Part shown: positions 11,001 to 19,609 of the stretch, piece by piece
How positions within the stretch are numbered: position 1 is the first letter of the stretch
Layout: each line of letters starts with the position of its first letter
Virus record (IMG/VR): IMGVR_UViG_3300035180_002574
Span: 117,178-181,177 of that record
DNA from: a virus
Length of the DNA: 64,000 bases
Reading direction: 5' to 3' (one strand)
Notes under the pieces: model-generated
Database searches by the model: none
Seen by the model: the letters and a program-made list of their open reading frames with translations, nothing else
Told to the model about the DNA's origin: nothing
Made by a program: the position numbers and the translations under genes

Positions 11001-11117
11001 TTAATTATTTTTAATAAACTTTTTTGCTTTCATTGCTAAATCATATTTGCGTTTAAGATAAATTGTAGCATCCTTGTAGAGATAATATGCATAGGTCACG
11101 ACAACTGCGTCAACTAT
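11001..11117 (-). pseudogene. Possible relic C-terminus of a LAGLIDADG-type endonuclease
   Basis: Start-less frame IVDAVVVTYAYYLYKDATIYLKRKYDLAMKAKKFIKNN*; LYKDATIYLxRKY resembles LAGLIDADG endonuclease C-termini. Confidence 0.35.
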
Positions 11118-11145
11118 TTAATTTTCATTCAAAATAACTATAAAA

Positions 11146-12045
11146 TCAGTATATTCTACGCGCGCGCAAGTGCCTCATACGACTAAATGCCGGATTAATA
11201 GCACTATTCATTGAGAAAACTCCCAAGCCCTTTGGAGCTGGTCGCAAACTGTTCTTTATATATTTCAATTTATCCCAATAATGAGTTAACAATGTACTAT
11301 ATTGTGTGTTTAATAGTTCGCTAACTGTTGGTGGAGTAAAATTGATGCTATTATCAGTAATTTGAAATTCGCGACCTCTTTCAATCAGTGCCTTGGATGC
11401 TAGGGCATAAAGAGTAGCTCCTTCAACGAGTATTTCTCCAAATTGTTCTACGAAAGCATCATCGTCATACTGGAAGAAAGTAAAATATGGGACCTGATTA
11501 AAATCCCAAAGGGCAGTTGCTAAAAATGTATATAGCATATCAATAGCAAAAATATCGCAATCTACATAAATAACATTTCCATATGAATCTGTAGATTTAG
11601 CTTTTCCAGAACTATTAAGTCTGGCTTTTAAAGACTTAATCAGTTTATTCATATTTTTTAAAGCCGCCTGGGAATAATTGAATCCAGGATCATCACCCAT
11701 ATGAACATAACCGTCAGTATTTAATGCCGGCGTTTGTGTATGAGAAACAATGAATTCAAATGGTGATTCAACCCTAAATCCATTAATATACGCAGTCCAA
11801 ATATCATTAAATACTCCATAAGGACCATTAATTGGCACTGTAAAAATATAAGAGTATTTTCCTATTCCAATTCTAGTAACTCCAGCTGAGGTAGCTGCTA
11901 ATAGAATAAGACCGCTGGGTTGAATAATAGAAATCTTAGGGAAGGAATCCGCGTCCACTGGATTTCCCGCTGTGTCCTTAAATTGAACCACTAAGTTAAC
12001 TTGATCTGTAACGTCGATCAATTCTCCGCGAGCTTTGATTGTCAT
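11146..12045 (-). CDS. Head-tail adaptor/neck-like protein with N-terminal Ig-like domain
   Basis: N-terminal beta domain (GIGKYSYIFTVP) followed by a helical adaptor-like half; position in the operon. Confidence 0.5.
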   Translation of the reverse strand: MTIKARGELIDVTDQVNLVVQFKDTAGNPVDADSFPKISIIQPSGLILLAATSAGVTRIGIGKYSYIFTVPINGPYGVFNDIWTAYINGFRVESPFEFIVSHTQTPALNTDGYVHMGDDPGFNYSQAALKNMNKLIKSLKARLNSSGKAKSTDSYGNVIYVDCDIFAIDMLYTFLATALWDFNQVPYFTFFQYDDDAFVEQFGEILVEGATLYALASKALIERGREFQITDNSINFTPPTVSELLNTQYSTLLTHYWDKLKYIKNSLRPAPKGLGVFSMNSAINPAFSRMRHLRARRIY

Positions 12046-12047
12046 AT

Positions 12048-12386
12048 TTATCCTATCGGTGTGACGCTAAAATTACCATATGGAGCAGTGACTTCTATTT
12101 GATAGGCTTGTATCACATTAACACTATTTACTGGGTTAACATAAGAAACATCTACTAGGTAACTTCCAACTGATGAAGCACCAGAAGGTAAAGTAAATTG
12201 AAAATAATATAAACCAATATCTAATCTGGTCATATTTTGAGGATATCCACTCGCTAAAGTCATAGCAGGGAATATAATTCTAGAGACAACTGGAAGTGAA
12301 AGTGTGTCTGTACGAACACCATAACCATCTACAGTTTCTAGATAGATTGTAACTTTTTGTCCTGGGAAATATGATAAAACCTGCAC
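12048..12386 (-). CDS. Small Ig-like protein related to the N-terminus of 11146..12045
   Basis: GTG start after SD GAGGTG; MTRLDIGLYYFQFTLP vs VTRIGIGKYSYIFTVP. Confidence 0.6.
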   Translation of the reverse strand: MQVLSYFPGQKVTIYLETVDGYGVRTDTLSLPVVSRIIFPAMTLASGYPQNMTRLDIGLYYFQFTLPSGASSVGSYLVDVSYVNPVNSVNVIQAYQIEVTAPYGNFSVTPIG

Positions 12387-12422
12387 AGAAACACCTCTCT
12401 AGTTAATGTCCAAATATTAACC

Positions 12423-12438
12423 AATATTTTCCTATATT
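12423..12438 (+). promoter_or_regulatory. Candidate promoter AATATT-N4-TATATT for the plus-strand island
   Basis: In the divergent gap before ATG 12449; same spacing as elements at 43102, 47586, 47625. Confidence 0.3.
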
Positions 12439-12448
12439 AGTAACGACT

Positions 12449-12919
12449 ATGAGCAATGATTCATTTTGGATAACCAATTTAACAAATAGAAATGTTAGTT
12501 TAGCAGATCTAAACTTGACAATAAAGGCATTTTCAACTGTAAATTTGCTAGATTCTAAGCATTACAGTTACACGAGAGAGCAATTAGAGAAATCCAAAGA
12601 GAGCGGATCTCTTTTCATTAAAAGAAAAATGTTTGGATTTAGAACTGTTGCCCCGAAAATTATTAAAGAAGATATGCCAATAATTAGAACATTATATGAT
12701 GGAGATAATAAAGTTTGGTCTCAAGATGGCGCCTATCTTCCAAGTAGAGAAAAATCCGTATATAGAATTGCGGAAACTACTTACGAAGAATTAAGTTTTG
12801 CACCAGATCCTTCGCTGGATAATAAAACCGCGCAACAATTAGCGGATGAAAGATTCGCAGAAGAAAATGCGGAACTTGCAGAATTAGATGAACAAAAAAG
12901 CATAAAACACAAAGGATAA
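12449..12919 (+). CDS. Hypothetical protein
   Basis: 156-aa ORF; N-terminus weakly resembles that of 28273..29004. Confidence 0.7.
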   Translation: MSNDSFWITNLTNRNVSLADLNLTIKAFSTVNLLDSKHYSYTREQLEKSKESGSLFIKRKMFGFRTVAPKIIKEDMPIIRTLYDGDNKVWSQDGAYLPSREKSVYRIAETTYEELSFAPDPSLDNKTAQQLADERFAEENAELAELDEQKSIKHKG

Positions 12920-12920
12920 A

Positions 12921-13091
12921 ATGAATCTGCGTACGCCTGTTAAAGCAAAAAATGTTGATGCTTCTCTAAGTGAGTCTTCTTCAGAAGAGCCCGTATCTAT
13001 TCAAGACGAATATTCTCGTCTTAATGAAAAGTGTGATGTTGTAATTAAAAAAATTAAGTCAAGAAAATCCAAAAAACAAAATAACAAATAA
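12921..13091 (+). CDS. Small hypothetical protein (56 aa, below ORF-track cutoff)
   Basis: ATG at 12921 after AAGGA, MNLRTPVKAKNVDASLSESS...KKQNNK*; fills the gap between two plus-strand genes. Confidence 0.6.
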   Translation: MNLRTPVKAKNVDASLSESSSEEPVSIQDEYSRLNEKCDVVIKKIKSRKSKKQNNK

Positions 13092-13107
13092 CTCTACTTG
13101 AGCGATA

Positions 13108-13395
13108 ATGTCTGAAAATGATAACGATCAATTAAACAAAAAAGATCTTGAGCTTATTCTTGAAGTAAACAAGAAAGCCATCGAGGTGGAGACAGGCGTT
13201 GCCGAACAAAACGAAGAAATACTTGATTTATTAAATAAATCTAAAGATTCTCATGATAAAATACATGAGAAACTAGATAAAATAGTTAAACAAAATGATG
13301 AAATCAATAAAGATATCTTCAAAATGCAAGTATTATTTGTTACAGGTTTAATTAGTTTGGTTATACAAGTAATTCAAATTTTCTTACGAAAATAA
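13108..13395 (+). CDS. Coiled-coil protein with C-terminal membrane anchor (possible lysis accessory)
   Basis: Heptad-like charged region, then MQVLFVTGLISLVIQVIQIFLRK. Confidence 0.6.
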   Translation: MSENDNDQLNKKDLELILEVNKKAIEVETGVAEQNEEILDLLNKSKDSHDKIHEKLDKIVKQNDEINKDIFKMQVLFVTGLISLVIQVIQIFLRK

Positions 13396-13434
13396 TATTA
13401 ATAACAAACCAATTTCATTAGAAATTAAATAATC

Positions 13435-13668
13435 TTAATGTTTTAAAACTGTTACTTCGGTTCCTTTGGGGTCTCCGTGTTTATTTACGCCGAGACCAAA
13501 AGACACCTTTTGTCCTTTATAAAGAGTTTTAAACCCTTCACATGATACATCTGAAAAATGTACGAATAGATCCTTTTGTTTGACGCCATCTTTTTCCCAG
13601 CCAATGAATCCATAGCCTCGTTTAGAGTCAAACCACAATACTTCCCCAACAAATTTTCCATCGCTCAT
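13435..13668 (-). CDS. csp: Cold-shock domain protein
   Basis: RNP-1 KRGYGFI, RNP-2 DLFVHFS, GFKTLYKGQKVSF. Confidence 0.92.
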   Translation of the reverse strand: MSDGKFVGEVLWFDSKRGYGFIGWEKDGVKQKDLFVHFSDVSCEGFKTLYKGQKVSFGLGVNKHGDPKGTEVTVLKH

Positions 13669-13677
13669 TTTAATCCC

Positions 13678-13956
13678 TTAATCATCTTTACAAACAAGTT
13701 GACCATCTACTACTAATTCACCGCCGCCACCGAGCAACCTGTAAATCTCAACGGCTCCCAATTTGCCAATATCATTTCTTTCTTTTTCATTTGTGCAATT
13801 TCGTAATAGTTTATCGTATTTTGCAAAAATGAGCAACATTTCTTTTTCACAACCAATTAACCTGGCATGAGTTAATAATCTTTTCCTAGTTTCTTGTTCT
13901 GATAGGACTTTATCATTAAATCCAATAGTGCCAGTTGTATCCGTCTTAAAACTCAT
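13678..13956 (-). CDS. Hypothetical protein
   Basis: 92-aa ORF, ATGA overlap with the upstream HNH gene. Confidence 0.7.
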   Translation of the reverse strand: MSFKTDTTGTIGFNDKVLSEQETRKRLLTHARLIGCEKEMLLIFAKYDKLLRNCTNEKERNDIGKLGAVEIYRLLGGGGELVVDGQLVCKDD

Positions 13957-14273
13957 GTATTACTTCCATAAATCTTGAATGATTTTGCCTGAATTTGAAC
14001 GTAAGGCTCATCAATATCAATATTCTTTTTCCCATCTAATTCATATACCAAGGTTCTATAATTTGGCAGCTTGGTTGAAGGATAAACTCCTATGATCCTA
14101 AGTAGATTTTTGTGTACAAAATTATGATGATTAGGGCACAAAATACATAAATTTAGATTATCATTAGATGTGTTTGGATCTGTTCTTGGAATAATGTGAT
14201 GAAGGTGTAAGCATTCGGTTATAACGCAATCATCAATTTCACATTTATTAAGAATCAACTTTATTCTTTTCAA
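13953..14273 (-). CDS. HNH endonuclease with Zn finger
   Basis: CEIDDC...LHHIIP...NLNLCILCPNHHNFVH; TTG start after AAGGA overlapping the upstream ORF. Confidence 0.85.
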   Translation of the reverse strand: MKRIKLILNKCEIDDCVITECLHLHHIIPRTDPNTSNDNLNLCILCPNHHNFVHKNLLRIIGVYPSTKLPNYRTLVYELDGKKNIDIDEPYVQIQAKSFKIYGSNT

Positions 14274-15120
14274 TTAGGTCCTTATATAGATCTATAATTT
14301 TTTCTGCCCATTTTATCTTATCTTGAACTCTCTGTCCAGATGGCTGATTTACCGACCACAACTCTAAGTTATCAATATTATTGTTTAATCTGTTGCCATC
14401 TTTATGATGAACATTTTCATTATCCAATAAGTCCCTACCTATATGCCTTGACATTACCAGTCTGTGCTCAGGTATGTATCCGATTCCATTGGAATTGTTA
14501 TGTTCTGGAGCGTATACTAATTTATAACCACCCTTAGTTATTTGTGGTTTTCTTTCTTTGATTGGTAGGCTAGACGCTCCATATTTTTTAAACCTTAAAT
14601 AATGTTTGGCGCAAAATCCTCTTGCCTCATGAGTTTTATTGCAACCTTCAACACTACATAGACCAGTTTCACTTCTGCCAATTAATAGTTTATATGGATC
14701 GTTATATTTTAATTTCCTACGATAATGCTTATTGCATAGATCTAATCTATATCTAATATTAGAACAATTATCAATAATGCACATTGTATTTTTTATTGCT
14801 AGTGATAAATTTTCTAGCCTATTATCAGCTGTATCGCCATTTATATGAGTTACTATTTAATTATCATAAATTTGTCGTTTAATACTTTCAGACATCACGA
14901 ATATATGCTCTAAAACTTTTCCATTTTTCATAGCATTTGGATGTTCTGGCTTGTAAACATATATAAAGTTACTTGCAGATATAGTGCCAGATCCATTCTT
15001 TCTTCTTTTAACACAATTTACATTGCCATGTTTACGAAGTCTTGTATAATGTGCGGCACACAACCCTTTAGCCATTACAAACTTGATACAATCATCGATT
15101 TTACATTTTACTTTTACCAC
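14248..15120 (-). mobile_element. Tandem HNH homing-endonuclease gene with one in-frame TAA at 14857-14859 (ORF-track pieces 14857..15120 and 14248..14784)
   Basis: The two ORFs share a frame and the gap reads DN*IVTHINGDTADNRLENL; the second unit has intact DNENVHHKDGNRLNNNIDNLELW; repeated C..C..C..H Zn modules. Confidence 0.8.
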
Positions 15121-15134
15121 ATATTAATATGATA

Positions 15135-15239
15135 TTATTGATAGTTTGCACAAAATTTAGCTAAATGTAGTAGGTTGACATCCGTTACATTGCATGTTTC
15201 GATTTCACATTTGTTTTTAAGTAGTTTTTGACGCCTCAT
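15135..15239 (-). pseudogene. Orphan 5' fragment of an HNH gene homologous to the N-terminus of 13953..14273
   Basis: MRRQKLLKNKCEIETCNVTDVNLLHL vs MKRIKLILNKCEIDDCVITECLHL(HH). Confidence 0.7.
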
Positions 15240-15273
15240 AACAAAAATATATCAGCTACATACGGCATGTAAA

Positions 15274-15636
15274 TTATCTAATACCCCAAGCTTCAATTCT
15301 TAAATTGACAGGTCCGCTAGATCCGGCTTTTAATCTAAACCAAATTAAACTAGCAACTCTATTATTGAATACAAGACTTGCGGATAATGTTCCAGGAATT
15401 AAATCTCCATGAACGTGTTGTCCATCAAAAGAATATTCAATAGTATTTGTTGCACCACTTCCTTCATTTATAAAAGAAAATGCTTGTGTAGAAAATGGAA
15501 TAATAATATCTGGACCATAACCATCAGTAGGAGTATACCCGTCAAGCGCGCCAAATTGAGACCAATTTACCGCTAATTTGGTAAAAAAATTGAAATCATT
15601 TGGACGATTTTTTTGTTTTACGCCAGGATGTGCCAT
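15274..15636 (-). CDS. Small beta-rich virion protein
   Basis: Start reassigned to MAHPG after GGAG; LDGYTPTDGYG. Confidence 0.7.
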   Translation of the reverse strand: MAHPGVKQKNRPNDFNFFTKLAVNWSQFGALDGYTPTDGYGPDIIIPFSTQAFSFINEGSGATNTIEYSFDGQHVHGDLIPGTLSASLVFNNRVASLIWFRLKAGSSGPVNLRIEAWGIR

Positions 15637-15677
15637 ATTTGCTCCAAAATAAATATATTCAAATATATGTACCAATA

Positions 15678-16538
15678 TTACTTATATTGAGCACATGCAG
15701 CATCATAGCCTAATGATATCATGCGCAGAATATTTGCGTTGTCAAAATTTAAAGAATCACTAACTAAATCTTCTGTAGGTCTTATTACTTTTATATTAAC
15801 AGCCCTTTTATCGGGACATGCTCCAAGTAAAACCAGTTTATTATACATGTCAGCTATTTTTAAATCGTCAGTATTTATTTGATCTGTCATTAGATCAACG
15901 GTTCTTAACCCTAATGTTATTGTTTTGGAGGAGTCATCATATTTTGAGGTAGTTGATTCTGGACTGCACATAATTACATCAATATCGGTGGCTCCAAAAT
16001 CAATTGCTGATTTCAATGGCGTAATGTGCTTGACTCCGCCATCTGTCCACAATTGATTATCAATCTTAATAGGTTTCAACCCACCCGGAAATGCGGATGA
16101 TGCTAATACACCATCAACAAAAGAATCGTCATCTGGAGTAAATACTCTATATTCGCCCGTATCTAATGAGACGGCTCCCACAGAGATTTTTCTACCAGAA
16201 GATCTAATCTTGTCCAACTCTATTTGTTTATGTATTAAATCAATAAGTGGTTGACTGTTATATAGGCTTTTTTCCCACAAAGCATGTAACCTGCCAAATG
16301 GAAACCAACGCTTCCACACCTTATCATTATTTACAGTAATCCAAAATTCTTGTAATTTCTGAACTGCGATTTTTTCTTCAGACTTTGAATACATTGATAA
16401 GAATGAAGTATTTAATGCTCCTACAGAAACGCCACAAATAATATCATATGATAAACCGCGGTCATTAACCAAATGATTTAAGGCTCCAACCTGAAAGGCT
16501 CCTTTACATCCACCGCCTGATAAAACTAATGCTCTCAT
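15678..16538 (-). CDS. Patatin-like phospholipase
   Basis: GGGCKG oxyanion loop, GVSVG nucleophile elbow, DGG catalytic Asp; start MRALVL after GGAG. Confidence 0.92.
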   Translation of the reverse strand: MRALVLSGGGCKGAFQVGALNHLVNDRGLSYDIICGVSVGALNTSFLSMYSKSEEKIAVQKLQEFWITVNNDKVWKRWFPFGRLHALWEKSLYNSQPLIDLIHKQIELDKIRSSGRKISVGAVSLDTGEYRVFTPDDDSFVDGVLASSAFPGGLKPIKIDNQLWTDGGVKHITPLKSAIDFGATDIDVIMCSPESTTSKYDDSSKTITLGLRTVDLMTDQINTDDLKIADMYNKLVLLGACPDKRAVNIKVIRPTEDLVSDSLNFDNANILRMISLGYDAACAQYK

Positions 16539-16555
16539 ATGTTTCTCCAATGATT

Positions 16556-18088
16556 TTATACTGGATTATTAGCATTATGAGATGTACAATAAAATGTTAG
16601 CGTAACACTTTCTCCACCGATAGCTCTATCATGAGATGTAGTTACTCTAAGCTCTAATCCATATGCTGATTGTAATGTTCTTAAAGTAGCGTATCTAAAT
16701 GGTACTGATTGAGTAGGTCCCATCATTCCCCTAGATTGTCTTCTAAATTCTTTTATTGGTAAATTTCGCTCAACATCAGAAGATCCGACAACTGGAAGAT
16801 TTGGATAAGCGCCAATAGCTTCCTGTATAATATTTGTAAGTCTTTTATATCTGGTTCTTGATAATGGGATTTTTGTCAAGGAAGGATATATTCCAGTATA
16901 TCCGTCACAATAAGCAATTGTGGCAGTACTAGATGTTCCAGAATATGGTGCGGCTAAAGTAAGCGAAGTATTAGATTGTACGGAAGCCACAATCATATAT
17001 GATTCTGGTCCATCAGTTTCTAATCTAATATATTTTCCAGGAGTAACTTCGGTTGAAAATAATGTTCCAGTTCCAGTAACTGTTTGCGCTCCATTTACAA
17101 ATGTTGCTGTTCCAGTTAATCTTTTATACATATATTGTGGCGCAAAAACATCTACATAACCGTAAACATTATATTCAATTCCATCAGTCATTACAATATC
17201 ATGTGTAAAATCTGATTCAGCGGCTTCTATATGCAAATCTTTGCCGGGTAAAGGTCTAAGATAAAATGTAGATGTTGTGGCATGACTATAAGAGCAGCTG
17301 ACGGTATCGGTTGGAGATAATGGTGTAAAAAATTTGACATAACCATCCTCCCAATATACTTCATAATCGCCGCCTGAAAGCTCAAATGGCTCTCTCATGG
17401 TTTTTGTAACACCATTTACTGCCACCACCACTTGATAACCATGCGGATCAGATGGGTTTAACATTCTTTGTTCTTCAACCAATCCATCATCATCTTGAAG
17501 TCTACCAGAAATCATATCAATCCAGTTATTATAAGTTCCTGAATATTTTATATGATCACCTGCATCAACCAAATTCTCACTTACCCTTACACTATCTCCA
17601 AACCAAGTACACGGATCACATAAATTATGTGTGGAATAAATAACCTCATCACCAATTCTGGGAGCCTCTGCAAAAACTGGGATATTATTTTGTTGAGTAT
17701 ATTGTAGTTGAACTGTTTGAGTTTGAGGATTAAGTGGAGCAGACACTGTCGACCAAGAAGTACCATCAAATGCTTGACCAACAAAACCATCAACTGAAGC
17801 CGCAATATTATTTAATTCCGCCTGCTTGATATCGTATAAGGATTGTAGGTCTGCTTGAACTTCAAGTAAAGTAGTTCCATAAGAAAATTGACCACTAACA
17901 AATGGTACTTCAACAAGACTCCCGCTCTGCAATAATGCCAATTGATCTTGTGTTACATTTGGAATTTGACTTTTAACATCTGGAAATGGAACTAGATTTG
18001 TAGTTTTTTCTAACCAAAACACTCCAGAAACATTAAAACTTCCATCTATATGGGTATTTGTATTTAGTATAATTATTTTTAATGACAT
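16556..18088 (-). CDS. Mosaic virion/fibre-associated protein
   Basis: Contains the TGT.TF.N....VTGTGT.F...V..G module shared with 19609..22788. Confidence 0.55.
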   Translation of the reverse strand: MSLKIIILNTNTHIDGSFNVSGVFWLEKTTNLVPFPDVKSQIPNVTQDQLALLQSGSLVEVPFVSGQFSYGTTLLEVQADLQSLYDIKQAELNNIAASVDGFVGQAFDGTSWSTVSAPLNPQTQTVQLQYTQQNNIPVFAEAPRIGDEVIYSTHNLCDPCTWFGDSVRVSENLVDAGDHIKYSGTYNNWIDMISGRLQDDDGLVEEQRMLNPSDPHGYQVVVAVNGVTKTMREPFELSGGDYEVYWEDGYVKFFTPLSPTDTVSCSYSHATTSTFYLRPLPGKDLHIEAAESDFTHDIVMTDGIEYNVYGYVDVFAPQYMYKRLTGTATFVNGAQTVTGTGTLFSTEVTPGKYIRLETDGPESYMIVASVQSNTSLTLAAPYSGTSSTATIAYCDGYTGIYPSLTKIPLSRTRYKRLTNIIQEAIGAYPNLPVVGSSDVERNLPIKEFRRQSRGMMGPTQSVPFRYATLRTLQSAYGLELRVTTSHDRAIGGESVTLTFYCTSHNANNPV

Positions 18089-18097
18089 AATAATTCC

Positions 18098-18775
18098 TTA
18101 TAGAATAAAGTTTTTACCGTGTGCCTGATATGTTGTTTGAAACAATGGTCCTGCCTGCAATGCCGTGCCGGCACCAACCGTAGTTAACGTTATGTTTTGA
18201 CCACTTTTATCTTGAGTTAGATTATCATCTAATAAATACCAGGCAGCTATATCTCTTGCTACGGGTCTTGAGGACTGCATTTCTCTTTTAATTTCGAATG
18301 GGTTCATGCAGTGTCTAAAAATTCGTACATCTCTTACGTTTCCAAATAAAGGATACGTATAATTACCACCACCGCCATAATTTCCCACAATTATATTTGT
18401 GGCGTCAACAAATGTCGTTGTATCAGAAGCATGAACTTGCTGAACGCCATTTAGATATCCACTAATAATTCTGCTAGTAGAGCTGATGTTTATAAATGTA
18501 GTTGCAACATGATACCAAGTTCCAGCGGTTAACAGAGATCCTAAATAATTATTGCTTGAAGTTCCAAAATCTAAAGTTAATCCATCATTATTAGTTGATA
18601 AAAACATACTGCTTCCAGTTGTAGTATTAACTAAATTAACAAATCCACGATGAGCAGCAGGACCACCCGCTGATAAATTAATCCACTGCATTATCGTAAT
18701 ATCTTTAGTTGTGACAGGATATGCAAATATTCCAGTCAAATATACACCAGATGTATTAGGAATAAATAATGACAT
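18098..18775 (-). CDS. Laminin G/concanavalin A-like lectin domain protein
   Basis: AGTWYHVATTF...YLNGVQQ...LFGNVRDVRIF pattern. Confidence 0.75.
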   Translation of the reverse strand: MSLFIPNTSGVYLTGIFAYPVTTKDITIMQWINLSAGGPAAHRGFVNLVNTTTGSSMFLSTNNDGLTLDFGTSSNNYLGSLLTAGTWYHVATTFINISSTSRIISGYLNGVQQVHASDTTTFVDATNIIVGNYGGGGNYTYPLFGNVRDVRIFRHCMNPFEIKREMQSSRPVARDIAAWYLLDDNLTQDKSGQNITLTTVGAGTALQAGPLFQTTYQAHGKNFIL

Positions 18776-18778
18776 AAT

Positions 18779-19609
18779 TTACACCACTTGACCATTAATG
18801 CCTTGATACCAAATGGCAAAGTTACTAGCAGTGGCGTTAGCTGTACCAGTTGTGAGATTAGATACGACAAGTCCCCAATATAATGGTAATCTGTCCACTC
18901 CAAATGTTCTACAAAAACTAAAAGGACCCGCTATTTTTACGGTATTTGCGGTAGGAGTATTTACCTGTGCCAATAATGGTAAATTAGGAGGTGATGTTAA
19001 AGTCACCGCACTATCAGTTCCCGTAATACCTTCTGGATATGCAGTACCATCGCTAGCATAACCATATACGTTAAAATAGCTGGTAGCAACTACAGTAGAA
19101 CCCGGACAAACTTTAACCCAAAATAAAACATCTTCATATAGGGTTGTAGAATTATTTATTGCAGTACTAGCTCTTGACGCCGCAGCGCCTAAGCTCGCTA
19201 AAGTAATGGTTACGCCCTGATTAGCGGCGCCATATACTGGCTTGATTGTTCCACGCACGGTGGTGGCTACTAATTTAGAAAATGCAGTTACAGTTGTTCC
19301 AGAAAATGATGGAGTGGTGCCTCCCACTGTCCAAGATATTTTAGCAGTTGGAGAATTTACTAGCAACATTGTTACTACCTGCGTGCCCGCCGCATTGATA
19401 GTTGTGGAAGATTTTGAAATTCCAACTTGGGTTGATTCGTCTGCTGGATCAACCTCTGTTATTGTAAATACAATTGTTGGGGAGGTCCCTGTAGGAGCGT
19501 TAGCTATATGTATAACTATAGATACTTCTTGAGAGGCTCCGGCTCTAAAAACGTAGCTACCATTGGTAGTAACGGTGGCATTACTTAATACTGCATCTAC
19601 GGTTCCCAT
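18779..19609 (-). CDS. Two-domain beta-sandwich virion protein
   Basis: Start at MGTVDAV (TAATG overlap with the upstream stop); T/S/A-rich beta strands. Confidence 0.65.
   Translation of the reverse strand: MGTVDAVLSNATVTTNGSYVFRAGASQEVSIVIHIANAPTGTSPTIVFTITEVDPADESTQVGISKSSTTINAAGTQVVTMLLVNSPTAKISWTVGGTTPSFSGTTVTAFSKLVATTVRGTIKPVYGAANQGVTITLASLGAAASRASTAINNSTTLYEDVLFWVKVCPGSTVVATSYFNVYGYASDGTAYPEGITGTDSAVTLTSPPNLPLLAQVNTPTANTVKIAGPFSFCRTFGVDRLPLYWGLVVSNLTTGTANATASNFAIWYQGINGQVV

Noticed and set aside
14200-15160. Group I intron splitting the HNH gene
   Set aside because: The insert is nearly all coding, and the downstream part has its own N-terminus.
15175-15205. Perfect TTGACA on the plus strand
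   Set aside because: No -10 at 16-18 nt, and it lies within the minus-strand HNH fragment.
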